A stretch of DNA of 64,000 nt from Clostridia bacterium (lineage in GTDB: Bacteria > Bacillota > Clostridia > Christensenellales > UBA1242), in the NCBI GenBank assembly GCA_017541375.1, contig JAFXZE010000005.1, positions 128,153 to 192,152 on the forward strand, written 5' to 3'. Below, piece by piece: positions 1 to 8,858 of this stretch. Made by a program: the position numbers and the translations under genes. The notes under the pieces are model-generated. The model was not told where the DNA came from. It was given only the letters and a program-made list of their open reading frames with translations, and made no database searches. Position 1 is the stretch's first letter. Each line of letters begins with the position of its first letter.

Positions 1-22
1 CAAAGTTAAAATTTTAGAAAGT

Positions 23-526
23 ATGGAACATAGGTTCTTTTTTGAGGAAGACAAATTTTTTGTGCCAAGCGCGCGTGAGGTTGATGATGTACGCCTAAGA
101 AAAAATGCGCAAAATTGTCTCAAGATTTTGTTTGACTATACCAATCTTCAATATAAAGACATCTTTAAGTTGCTCACAGATGACTACTCTTGTCAGTTGT
201 GGATAAATGACCTGACTATCAAACCTGAAAAGCATGCGATTAAGCTTGCATGTCTTGCTTTGGGACTTGATAAAATTTTTGCTAGTGGAAAGTTTGGAAA
301 AATAAAGCAAAAAATTAACAAACTCATCCACATGGAAAAGAGTTATGACCAAAAAGCGACGATTTTTTCTAGTCTTGTTGAGCGTAACAAAGATTTACAA
401 AAAGAAATATTTTCTAGGTTAAAAACAAAGCCATGTAAATACTCAGACAAATTTGACACAAGGTATGATGCAAAAATTGCTGAAAAAATGGCTGAAAAAT
501 CCGTTTCCTCTCCCACCCCACTATAG
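23..526 (+). CDS. hypothetical protein (167 aa)
   Basis: ORF closed upstream by an in-frame TAG at 14-16. A weak hairpin plus T-run follows at 537-560. No motif recognised. Confidence 0.45.
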   Translation: MEHRFFFEEDKFFVPSAREVDDVRLRKNAQNCLKILFDYTNLQYKDIFKLLTDDYSCQLWINDLTIKPEKHAIKLACLALGLDKIFASGKFGKIKQKINKLIHMEKSYDQKATIFSSLVERNKDLQKEIFSRLKTKPCKYSDKFDTRYDAKIAEKMAEKSVSSPTPL

Positions 527-684
527 GATAAAAAGTGCTACTAAAAAGGTAGCCTTTTTTATATGGTGAGATAAAAACATTTTAATATTTTTTGTAAATT
601 TGATTGACTTTTTAATCCAAACAATTTAAACTAAATTATACATAATGCTTATACTTTTGCAAAAAATAAAATTAGGAGAAACCA

Positions 685-1644
685 ATGGAAAGCAAATCAA
701 CCAATTATCGCTACTATATAATTGGGGCTATTGTAGTTGTGGCACTCGCATTGCTGACTATACTAATCGTAAAGATAGCATCAAATGACATACCAGAGAT
801 TGATGTTGATAACAACTCACATAACACCCAAAATGACACTATTCAGACCTATTCCTCAACTGATGTAACTAGCAGTAATGTAACCACAGGTAAGATATGG
901 ACAGAAACAAATAACAACATGACCACAATGATTGCCCGCCCTGCTGATAACTACATGTTTGGTTATTGGAATGTCACTGTAAATAGCACCACAAAAAAGT
1001 ATTCTGCGATGGACACTATCGTAGTGCCTAGTGAAACGGCTAGCAACTACACTGCCGTGTTTATTTCAAACTCGAAGATATTACACATTACTACACTTGC
1101 TCAGTTTAGCAGCAATGCCACTAATGCATCTTATGATATGTTTGTCCTTGATAATGATATTGATGCAACAGGGGTAACATATAGTACTATTTCTGACTTT
1201 TATCAAAAAATATTTGATGGTAATGGACATGTTATCAGAAATCTAAGCGCATCCCCCGGAGGAAATGAAAATTTTGGTGGTCTATTAAAGGGAGCTACTG
1301 ACAGTGTTGTAAAAAATCTTACTTTAGATAACTGCTCTATTGTCGACACTGGTTCAACTACAGTAAAAAAATTAGGTGGTATAGTTGGTCACACAATACG
1401 TAGTATAATATCAAATTGCGTATTCAGAGGTACAGTAAAGACCACTAAATCAGACTGCTCTGTAGGAGCATTTATCGGAGCAGCTTCTGGAAATACAGCC
1501 ACAAGCTGTATAGAAAACTGCACCTATCAAGGAGCTGCTATCGGTGGAGCTGTCGCTGGTATGATGATAGGAAGTAACCCAAGCATGGCGTGTATTCTAA
1601 GAAACAACAAGAGCGAAGGTAGCGCTCAAGGCCCAATATCATAG
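685..1644 (+). CDS. N-terminally membrane-anchored surface protein with GLUG-type repeats
   Basis: AGGAGA SD 5-6 nt upstream. One N-terminal TM helix (YYIIGAIVVVALALLTILIV). FDGNGHVIRNLS followed by repeated GGLLKG / GGIVGH / GAFIGA ... NC motifs, typical of GLUG beta-helix repeats. Confidence 0.6.
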   Translation: MESKSTNYRYYIIGAIVVVALALLTILIVKIASNDIPEIDVDNNSHNTQNDTIQTYSSTDVTSSNVTTGKIWTETNNNMTTMIARPADNYMFGYWNVTVNSTTKKYSAMDTIVVPSETASNYTAVFISNSKILHITTLAQFSSNATNASYDMFVLDNDIDATGVTYSTISDFYQKIFDGNGHVIRNLSASPGGNENFGGLLKGATDSVVKNLTLDNCSIVDTGSTTVKKLGGIVGHTIRSIISNCVFRGTVKTTKSDCSVGAFIGAASGNTATSCIENCTYQGAAIGGAVAGMMIGSNPSMACILRNNKSEGSAQGPIS

Positions 1645-1677
1645 AAAAAAGACCGACCGGTCTTTTTTATTATGTTC

Positions 1678-1980
1678 TCATTTTTTAATCTTTACTAAGT
1701 CAGCATAAGTTGTTTTTATTATATCTATCAAATACTCGCTATCCTCTACATTTTCTATCATGTACATCGGCTTTGCATTTTTATATGGAATTATTTCCGC
1801 AAGGTCGTAAGACTTGTTTGACTCAGTCCGTTTTACCAAAAACCTATCGTCATAAATCCCCCCAAATACAACACCGTTGTAGTAAAACACACACTCCCCC
1901 ATCATATATCGAAAACTAATACCAGAAATACTAGATAATTGCTCCGCAATAAACTCTTTAAATTCTTTTGTAGATGCCAT
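1678..1980 (-). CDS. TfoX/Sxy N-terminal domain protein
   Basis: MASTKEFKEFIAEQL...FRYMMGECVFYYNGVVFGGIYDDRFLVK matches the TfoX_N pattern. Start moved to ATG 1980 (GGAAGCGAGGA SD); the longer track ORF overlaps the upstream gene. Confidence 0.65.
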   Translation of the reverse strand: MASTKEFKEFIAEQLSSISGISFRYMMGECVFYYNGVVFGGIYDDRFLVKRTESNKSYDLAEIIPYKNAKPMYMIENVEDSEYLIDIIKTTYADLVKIKK

Positions 1981-1981
1981 A

Positions 1982-2236
1982 TTATCCTCGCTTCCACCTT
2001 TTGAGCGTGGGAAATAATTTGGTGCAAAAGGTACGCATCTCATCGTTGGTCATCCCTGCTTGTGAACCATATTGCGAGCACATATCGATATATTCTTCCA
2101 TACTCACTTTATCAATAAATTCTCCATTTCGATAGCAGTATTTACAATAATCTTTACTGAATTTGCCGTCTTTTTCTGTCCCAAGTTCATCTTTATTTTT
2201 TAGTGGCATTCCACAACTTTGACAAATCTTTTCCAT
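1982..2236 (-). CDS. zinc-ribbon domain protein (84 aa)
   Basis: CxxC...CxxC (CQSCG ... CKYCY). AAGGAG SD. Its stop lies 1 nt from the TfoX-like start, so the two are probably co-translated. Confidence 0.6.
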   Translation of the reverse strand: MEKICQSCGMPLKNKDELGTEKDGKFSKDYCKYCYRNGEFIDKVSMEEYIDMCSQYGSQAGMTNDEMRTFCTKLFPTLKRWKRG

Positions 2237-2338
2237 AGTATTCTCCTTTTGTGGATATTATATCATAAATAACTAAAAATAGAAACTAAATGTTATAATA
2301 ATATCAATACTAACCTCATATAATAGGCTGAGGTGAAT

Positions 2339-2599
2339 ATGGAAAATCCTATCAAAAACCACAAACTAATTTGTGAAAATCAAAAATATCTTTGTCTTAC
2401 AGGAGTCGAAAAAACTGACACAGCCTCCCCCACTCATTTTAGTTGTGTGATAAATGGCAAAAGGCTAAATATCGTGGGCAAAAACCTAACCGTTAAAAAA
2501 TTAGATGTAGCCGAAGGTGTGGTAGAACTCGAGGGCGATATCGAAGAAATAAAATATCAAGACTCTAAAACTCCGCTGATAAAAAGGTTGTTTCGCTAA
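2339..2599 (+). CDS. yabP: YabP-like sporulation protein
   Basis: LCLTGVEKTDTASPTHFSCVINGKRLNIVGKNLTVKKLDVAEGVVELEGDIEEIKY follows the YabP pattern (ITGV..V.sF....L.T..G.L.I.G..L....LDV..G.V...G.I..l.Y). Gene order with the next two ORFs matches Bacillus yabP-yabQ-divIC. The start could instead be GTG 2333. Confidence 0.6.
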   Translation: MENPIKNHKLICENQKYLCLTGVEKTDTASPTHFSCVINGKRLNIVGKNLTVKKLDVAEGVVELEGDIEEIKYQDSKTPLIKRLFR

Positions 2600-2919
2600 T
2601 GTTATTCACCAGCCTAAACCAAGGTTGGCTTTTTTTGATTTTTGTAAGTGCAGGATTATTCACATTCATTTTTCTCCTCCCTCTACACATTCTATATTAT
2701 AAAGTTAAATCAAAGTGGCAAAATGTGATTATATTTTTGCTAACCATACTTTATGGTTTTGTCTGTTGGATATTGATGCTAAAACTAAACTACGGAGAAG
2801 TAAGATTTTATATATTTTGCGCATACTTTGTCGGATTTTATATAGGAAAGACTATTTTTGCTTCCCTCCTCAAACTCAAATCAAAAAGTAGTACAATATT
2901 CTTTAGGAGAAAAAAATGA
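2599..2919 (+). CDS. yabQ: YabQ-like small membrane protein
   Basis: TAATG overlap with the yabP-like gene. Three predicted TM helices. Assigned mainly by position. Confidence 0.45.
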   Translation: MLFTSLNQGWLFLIFVSAGLFTFIFLLPLHILYYKVKSKWQNVIIFLLTILYGFVCWILMLKLNYGEVRFYIFCAYFVGFYIGKTIFASLLKLKSKSSTIFFRRKK

Positions 2920-3176
2920 TTGGTGTAAAAATTCAAATTCTACTGATTTGGAGTTTCGTCGCTGTAATTTGCATAGTAATATTTATTCAGCGTGCTGAAA
3001 TCAACAACAAACAAACCCAACTTGATAATTTAAAATCGGAATATAGTATAATTAGTAGCCAAATTGAACTTGCTCGCGATGAACTTGACACCGTAAAATC
3101 TGAAGAAAATCAAATTTTATCAGCTCGCAAAAGAGGCTGGGGCTATCCCAACGAAAAAAGATATATAGCAAAATAA
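2916..3176 (+). CDS. divIC: septum formation initiator (DivIC/FtsB-like)
   Basis: ATGA overlap with the previous ORF. One TM helix followed by a coiled coil (NNKQTQLDNLKSEYSIISSQIELARDELDTVKSEENQ). Confidence 0.5.
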   Translation: MIGVKIQILLIWSFVAVICIVIFIQRAEINNKQTQLDNLKSEYSIISSQIELARDELDTVKSEENQILSARKRGWGYPNEKRYIAK

Positions 3177-3182
3177 ATTTGT

Positions 3183-3212
3183 TTGACAAACGAAACTCGA
3201 ATTTGGTATAAT
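3183..3212 (+). promoter_or_regulatory. sigma-A type promoter (TTGACA-18-TGgTATAAT)
   Basis: -35 at 3183-3188 and extended -10 at 3204-3212. The TTG start proposed in the track lies inside this promoter. Confidence 0.55.
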
Positions 3213-3233
3213 TATCAAAAAATGAGGTGGATT

Positions 3234-4400
3234 ATGCAGAGTTTTGTTATTGAAAACAAAGATTTAAAAAATCCAAATAACAAATATTTGTTAGATATAT
3301 TTACAAAAAAACTCGATGATGAATTTTTAGAATATTTAAAAACAAGCGAAACAAAGGGATTGGACCTTTTTTACAACCTTTGCATTCTTCAAAAAATAAA
3401 CCCACGAACTTTTTGTGAAAATCACAAAAAAACAATTCGTTGGACTCGGAGAGCTCGAGAACAAATTGAAAAGGAAAAATCAGGATTTTATGAAGAACTA
3501 AATCTAAAGGTACTCGACCTAAAGCTGGTGGATGTAACACTAACTAAAGAGGCAACCAAAAAAATAGTACAGATTTTACGACATGCCTCACGCTTTTTCT
3601 TTGATGTGCAGGTTCAATTCGAAAAAAGCCAAATTAGTTATTTTGAAATAAAAAACATTTCATCAATCTTACAAGTTGCGCCAAATCTCAAATTCCGTGG
3701 CGCGCCTGTAAAACAGCTTTTGGAAGCTGAATTATTAAGCACGGAAATTGCTAATAAAATCAAAAAGCTCCACCTCTCACCTCTAGAAAAACTCATAATT
3801 GCCCACGATCACACAATTTTGGCTATAGACTACGCCGATACAGTCAATTATGCAGAAATCATGAATGAGACTTGCTCAAAGCTAAAGATAAAATGTCACT
3901 ATCTCGCACCCTCCTCCCCTCTTAGTGTGAGTTTTCTTATCTACGAACTTTGTGACCCTAAGTACAACATCAAAAAAGGCTCTTGCTATGTAGGAGATAT
4001 CAATGAAGATGCAAAAAACAGCAAAAAGTTTATAAGTTATCTCAATATTTTGGATGCGCCTCAAGACATAATACTCACTCCGCTCATTGATTGCTTTACT
4101 ATAGGCGATAAATACCTCACTCCCACACAAATGCCAAACTTAAAACTTTTACTCACCACCCCATCACTAAACATCAAAACTTTACAATCAGCTATTCTTA
4201 ATGCATATGCTACTTTTCAATTACCACAACGTATTATGTCTCCTAGCACTATAAATGATGCTATAAACTTTTCTACAAAAATAGCCCCCAACAAATTGCG
4301 TAGCGGAAGTAAAAATCCCTTTTATGCCGAATGGGAACAAAAAAAGGAAACTTCTACCCATCTAAAAAAGCGAATTACTCTTAAAACCTCACGCATTTAA
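3234..4400 (+). CDS. hypothetical protein (388 aa)
   Basis: Long ORF. Start placed at ATG 3234, behind GAGGTGG and downstream of the promoter. Terminator at 4401-4426. No motif recognised. Confidence 0.55.
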   Translation: MQSFVIENKDLKNPNNKYLLDIFTKKLDDEFLEYLKTSETKGLDLFYNLCILQKINPRTFCENHKKTIRWTRRAREQIEKEKSGFYEELNLKVLDLKLVDVTLTKEATKKIVQILRHASRFFFDVQVQFEKSQISYFEIKNISSILQVAPNLKFRGAPVKQLLEAELLSTEIANKIKKLHLSPLEKLIIAHDHTILAIDYADTVNYAEIMNETCSKLKIKCHYLAPSSPLSVSFLIYELCDPKYNIKKGSCYVGDINEDAKNSKKFISYLNILDAPQDIILTPLIDCFTIGDKYLTPTQMPNLKLLLTTPSLNIKTLQSAILNAYATFQLPQRIMSPSTINDAINFSTKIAPNKLRSGSKNPFYAEWEQKKETSTHLKKRITLKTSRI

Positions 4401-4426
4401 AGTCAAAATATTATTGACTTTTTTCT
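4401..4426 (+). terminator. intrinsic terminator
   Basis: agtcaa/ttgact stem with an 8-nt loop and a T-run. Confidence 0.7.
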
Positions 4427-4442
4427 TTTATTGAGCTATAAT
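4414..4442 (+). promoter_or_regulatory. ileS promoter (TTGACT-17-TATAAT)
   Basis: -35 at 4414-4419, -10 at 4437-4442. Confidence 0.55.
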
Positions 4443-4459
4443 CATAAAAGCGAAAAATT

Positions 4460-4518
4460 ATCCACTAATCCTGTGTTTGCTAGCATCTTATTCTAGCTAA
4501 TAGTGGATGTTTTTGTGT
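4460..4518 (+). promoter_or_regulatory. terminator-like hairpin in the ileS leader (possible attenuator)
   Basis: atccacta (4460-4467) pairs with tagtggat (4501-4508). There is an inner gctag/ctagc stem. The hairpin is followed by gtttttgtgt, just upstream of the ileS SD. Confidence 0.4.
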
Positions 4519-4535
4519 ATATAATAGGAGAAAAT

Positions 4536-7500
4536 ATGAAAAAAGAATTACAGCGTTTACCAAATATGAATGAAATCCAAAATGAAATCCTACAATTTTG
4601 GAAAGAAGATAATACTTTTGTTAAATCTGTCGATAAACCTCATAAGGGCGAAGTCGTATTTTACGACGGTCCTCCCTTTCCTACGGGAAAGCCTCATCAT
4701 GGAACTGTATTGGTTTCTTTCATCAAAGACATGATATCAAGATTTCAAACCATGCAAGGCAATAAAGTGGCTCGTCAATGGGGCTGGGATTGTCATGGAC
4801 TGCCTATTGAAGTGCAGGCTGAAGGTCTACTAGGCATCACCGACAAGAGCGAAATCGAAAAAACGATCGGTGTGGATAAATTTAATGAAAAATGTAGAGA
4901 AATCGTCTCTAGTAACGACTCATCTTGGAAAGAATATGTAGAAAATATGGCGCGCTGGGTAGATTATGATAACGCTTATCGCACCATGGACAAAGACTAT
5001 ATGGAAAGCGTGATTTGGGCTTTTGCGGAATTACACAAAAAAGGCTACATTTACAAAGATTATCGCGTAACGCCATATTGTACTCGTTGTGAAACAGCTC
5101 TGTCAATTTCTGATACTCGTGAATCAGACTCCACCCGCCCCAAGCAAGACCGCTGGGTTATGGTAAAATTTAGAACCGACTACACAGAGAAAAAAATGCC
5201 AGTATATTTCTTAGCATGGACCACCACCCCATGGACTTTACCATCAAATATGGCTCTGGCTATCGGAGAAACGATAGATTATAGCTACGTCGAAGTGAAT
5301 GGCGAAGTACTAGTGGCTGGAGCAAATGCCTTAGCAAAATACAAACAAGTTTTCGGCGAAAATCCAAAAGTAATCAAAACAGTAAAAGGTAGTGAGTTAA
5401 TCGGAAAAACATATCACCCACTCTTCGACTTTTTTGCTAAAGAAAAAGATAATGGAGCTTTCCGTGTAGTGGGAGTAGATTACATCGATGAAAACGAAGG
5501 AATCTGCATAGTGCACACTGCACCCGCCTTTGGTGAAGATGACTATTGGACATGTAAGAAAAATAACATTCCGCTCGTATGTCCAGTCGATGAAAAAGGA
5601 ATTTTTACCGATAAAGTTAGCCTTTGGAAAGGTAAAATGGTATTTGATGCAAACAACGATATTATCAATTATCTAAAGAACAACGGTGGCTATGTAGCTG
5701 ATGGTTCGCTTGTTCACAACTATCCTCACTGCTGGAGATGTGGAAAGCCACTTATCTACAAAGCTATGGAAGCGTGGTACCTCTCGATCGATAAACTAAA
5801 AGATGAGCTTATAAAGCAAAATGAATACGTAAATTGGTTTCCTGAAAACATCAAATATGGTCGTTACGGCAACTGGCTAAACAACGCTCGTGACTGGAAT
5901 ATTTCTCGAAACAGATACTGGAGTACTCCAATCCCTGTTTGGGAATGTAACAAATGTAAGAAGCAAAAAGTATTATCAAGTATTGCAGAAATGGAAAAAT
6001 TGTCAGGCAAAAAGGTAACCGACCTACACAAACAATATCTAGATAAAATAACCTTTAAATGTGATTGTGGTGGAACATATCACAGAGTACCTGAGGTGCT
6101 TGATTGCTGGTTTGAGTCTGGTAGTGCGCCATTTGCGCGCATCCACTATCCATTCGAAAACAAAGCTTGGTTTGAATCTCACTCTCCTTCAGACTTTGTG
6201 TCAGAATATACTGGTCAAATCAGATGTTGGTTTTACTACCTTCACGTGCTTAGCGTCGCATTATTTAACAAACCAGCATACAAAAACTGTATTGTTCATG
6301 GAACAGTACTAGCTAAAGACGGTAAAAAACTCTCTAAAAAGAGTAAAAACTATACCGACCCCATGGAACTTATGAAGTCGTATGGAACAGATGCCTTTAG
6401 GCTATATATGTTTCAATCCAACTGTATGAACGGACTCGATATGATGTTTGATGAAGCAGGACTAAAGGATAGCTTACAACAAATCATTCTGCCCTATTGG
6501 AACTGTGCGTATTTTTACTCAAGTTATGCCAAAATAGACAACTATATAGGTGATGAATCAATAGAACCAAAAAGCGATAATGGCCTAGACAAATGGATAT
6601 TGGCTCTATTATACAAAACTGAAAAAACAATAAAAACACAAATGGACGGTTATCAAATCTCTGGGTATGTAAAGCCATTAGCGGACTTTTTAAATGGATT
6701 ATCCAATTGGTATATTCGTCGCTCTCGTCGTAGATTTTGGGTAGACGGAATGAATAAAGACAAAGAGCAAGCCTATACTACCCTATTTTATGTATTGACT
6801 AGGTTTTCTCGCATCTTTGCACCCGTTGCTCCAATCGTGAGCGAATATGTGTATAAAATACTCACAAATAAGGAAAGTGTTCACCTCGAAGATTGGCCAA
6901 ATATTCCCAATAAATTCAACAACGAAAAGCTTCTTAATGAAATTGATTTAGTGCAAAACACTATTCACCTAGCCCGCAATATTCGAAATAAAAACAATGT
7001 TAAAAACCGTCAACCGCTTAGCCTCTTAAAAATCGCCTCAACAGATAAGGCTGATTACAAAATCATAAAAGACAACGCTGAAGTTATCAAAGAAGAGTTG
7101 AATGTAAAGAAAATTGAGTTAGTTGATGATGTGGACACTCTAGCCGAAATCAGTTATAAGGTAAACTTTGCGACCGTTGGTAAAACTATGGGGCAAATGA
7201 TACCAGTAATCCAAAAATCAATACAAAACAAGACCATCAAATTTGACGGAGAACACTATCTTGTACCCGAGGCAAATTTGACTCTAGCCAAAGAGGATAT
7301 CTTAGTAAACTTCACTGCTCGAGGAAACTTGCCTGTATTTAGTGATTCACACCTTGTGGTAGCACTTGACCTCACATTAACGAACGAACTTATTGAAGAA
7401 GGTGTCGTACGTGAACTAGTAAGAAATATCCAAGATGCTCGTAAACAACTGAATCTCGAAATTACCGACCGGATTAAACTAGAACTTGTAGGAAAAATCT

Positions 7501-7619
7501 CGGATAAATTCTATGATTATATCACTACAGAGACGTTAGCAGATTTTGAAAAAGTAGCAAAGCCCGAATTTACTACTGTAGTTGAAAACATCGAAATCAA
7601 AATGAAAAAGGCCCAATAA
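4536..7619 (+). CDS. ileS: isoleucine--tRNA ligase (eukaryote-like / type 2)
   Basis: PPFPTGKPHHGT (HIGH region). KLSKKSKNYTDP, which resembles the KMSKRLKNYPDP form of type-2 IleRS. WDCHGLP and a CP1 editing domain. TAGGAG SD before ATG 4536. Confidence 0.95.
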   Translation: MKKELQRLPNMNEIQNEILQFWKEDNTFVKSVDKPHKGEVVFYDGPPFPTGKPHHGTVLVSFIKDMISRFQTMQGNKVARQWGWDCHGLPIEVQAEGLLGITDKSEIEKTIGVDKFNEKCREIVSSNDSSWKEYVENMARWVDYDNAYRTMDKDYMESVIWAFAELHKKGYIYKDYRVTPYCTRCETALSISDTRESDSTRPKQDRWVMVKFRTDYTEKKMPVYFLAWTTTPWTLPSNMALAIGETIDYSYVEVNGEVLVAGANALAKYKQVFGENPKVIKTVKGSELIGKTYHPLFDFFAKEKDNGAFRVVGVDYIDENEGICIVHTAPAFGEDDYWTCKKNNIPLVCPVDEKGIFTDKVSLWKGKMVFDANNDIINYLKNNGGYVADGSLVHNYPHCWRCGKPLIYKAMEAWYLSIDKLKDELIKQNEYVNWFPENIKYGRYGNWLNNARDWNISRNRYWSTPIPVWECNKCKKQKVLSSIAEMEKLSGKKVTDLHKQYLDKITFKCDCGGTYHRVPEVLDCWFESGSAPFARIHYPFENKAWFESHSPSDFVSEYTGQIRCWFYYLHVLSVALFNKPAYKNCIVHGTVLAKDGKKLSKKSKNYTDPMELMKSYGTDAFRLYMFQSNCMNGLDMMFDEAGLKDSLQQIILPYWNCAYFYSSYAKIDNYIGDESIEPKSDNGLDKWILALLYKTEKTIKTQMDGYQISGYVKPLADFLNGLSNWYIRRSRRRFWVDGMNKDKEQAYTTLFYVLTRFSRIFAPVAPIVSEYVYKILTNKESVHLEDWPNIPNKFNNEKLLNEIDLVQNTIHLARNIRNKNNVKNRQPLSLLKIASTDKADYKIIKDNAEVIKEELNVKKIELVDDVDTLAEISYKVNFATVGKTMGQMIPVIQKSIQNKTIKFDGEHYLVPEANLTLAKEDILVNFTARGNLPVFSDSHLVVALDLTLTNELIEEGVVRELVRNIQDARKQLNLEITDRIKLELVGKISDKFYDYITTETLADFEKVAKPEFTTVVENIEIKMKKAQ

Positions 7620-7620
7620 C

Positions 7621-7650
7621 AAAAAACTGGATACCAAGTCCAGTTTTTTT
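7621..7650 (+). terminator. intrinsic terminator
   Basis: actgga/tccagt stem, 7-nt loop, T7 run. Confidence 0.85.
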
Positions 7651-7674
7651 GTTGTTTTTTGTCAAATTATATCA

Positions 7675-7703
7675 TTGACAAACTAAACTATTTATGCTAC
7701 TAT
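7675..7703 (+). promoter_or_regulatory. promoter (TTGACA-17-TACTAT, TG-extended)
   Basis: -35 at 7675-7680, -10 at 7698-7703. Confidence 0.5.
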
Positions 7704-7727
7704 TAGCACATATCATAAGGAAAAAAT

Positions 7728-8723
7728 ATGAACGATTATATAATCACAAGTAGTGATAATGGATTAAGTTATTATAATGAAAGAGATGATTCGGTCTTTG
7801 GTATAGAACTAAGATTATCTCAATATAACAAAGCTGAATTTGAAAAAGTAATGACATTACTTTTTAGCTTTGATAATATCAAAAAATTAGCACACATAAT
7901 TATCGATGATGCCTCACAAATGAACTGGAATTCTTATATAGAATTATTAGACTTACATGAAAAAATACAAGAGTACAATCCTGAGACAGAGATTTTTGTT
8001 CGTGAGAGATTTCATAAATATCCCCTAAATCAAGCTCTGCAGGCTGAAAAAAAGGCCTTTTTTATAGCATCAAAAATTGCCGCCCGTACAAAAGATCCCT
8101 TTGAGCAGGCTCTACTTTTGCATGATTATACTTCAGCAAAAATTTATAATAAATCTTATGATAATAGTGATGATATCAATTTTATAGGTGCAATGACTAC
8201 CAACTCTATCGTGTGTATGGGATATGCAAAAATTTTTCAAAAAATATGCAAATACCTCAGCATTGAATGTGAGATGATTTGCACTCAAGAGTATTTAAAA
8301 CCCATAATCCATTGTCTCAACATATTAAGACTGGATTCGGAAAAATACAATATTCACGGACATTACATTTGTGACCCTACTTGGGATAGTACTCTATCTT
8401 GCATCGGAGAGCGCTCATATTTATATAGCGCATATCCTATACAAGATTTGGTTTCCCCCAAAGCTAGACATCATGAATTTTTTTGTGCAAGTAAAAGTAA
8501 AATATATACCAATGGAGAGTACCTTAGTCAACCACTTTGCTCCTCATCTTCCCCTATTATTCCTCTCTCAACCTTTGAACAGGCATTAAAATCAATTTAT
8601 CCACACCCACAAATTGTAGATAAAAATCTTGCTTATACAATAAATGAAATTGCTAAAAAAGAAGTGGGTGCAGAAAATTGTTTTTATACTGAATACAGTA
8701 AGAATCAAGAAATGACCCGATAA
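7728..8723 (+). CDS. transglutaminase-like (papain-fold) domain protein
   Basis: Cys...His...Asp arrangement: NSIVCMGYAKIFQKICKYLSIECEMI ... HCLNILRL ... GHYICDPTWD, as in the transglutaminase-like core. Confidence 0.6.
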   Translation: MNDYIITSSDNGLSYYNERDDSVFGIELRLSQYNKAEFEKVMTLLFSFDNIKKLAHIIIDDASQMNWNSYIELLDLHEKIQEYNPETEIFVRERFHKYPLNQALQAEKKAFFIASKIAARTKDPFEQALLLHDYTSAKIYNKSYDNSDDINFIGAMTTNSIVCMGYAKIFQKICKYLSIECEMICTQEYLKPIIHCLNILRLDSEKYNIHGHYICDPTWDSTLSCIGERSYLYSAYPIQDLVSPKARHHEFFCASKSKIYTNGEYLSQPLCSSSSPIIPLSTFEQALKSIYPHPQIVDKNLAYTINEIAKKEVGAENCFYTEYSKNQEMTR

Positions 8724-8748
8724 AAGCCAAAAATATTTGGCTTTTTCT
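8723..8748 (+). terminator. intrinsic terminator
   Basis: agccaaa/tttggct stem plus T-run. Confidence 0.8.
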
Positions 8749-8777
8749 TTAAAACTTTTTGTAGTGTATACAAAATC

Positions 8778-8806
8778 TTTACAAATGCTCAATTTTGTGG
8801 TATAAT
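8778..8806 (+). promoter_or_regulatory. promoter (TTTACA-17-TGgTATAAT)
   Basis: -35 at 8778-8783, -10 at 8801-8806. Confidence 0.55.
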
Positions 8807-8858
8807 AGTTCGAATTAGAGACATAAAAAATTATATTTAAGGAGAAAAAAATATATTC

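Noticed and set aside
3183-3233. TTG 3183 / ATG 3222 as the start of the 405-aa track ORF
   Set aside because: TTG 3183 is the first base of a TTGACA -35 box whose TGgTATAAT -10 follows at 3204-3212. ATG 3222 would sit about 3 nt from the predicted TSS. ATG 3234 is preceded by GAGGTGG.
4441-4535. Possible T-box riboswitch upstream of ileS
   Set aside because: The leader is only ~95 nt. I could not draw a Stem I with a specifier loop or AG bulge, and the T-box-like stretch (aatagtggat) is a poor match. It is kept only as a generic attenuator candidate.
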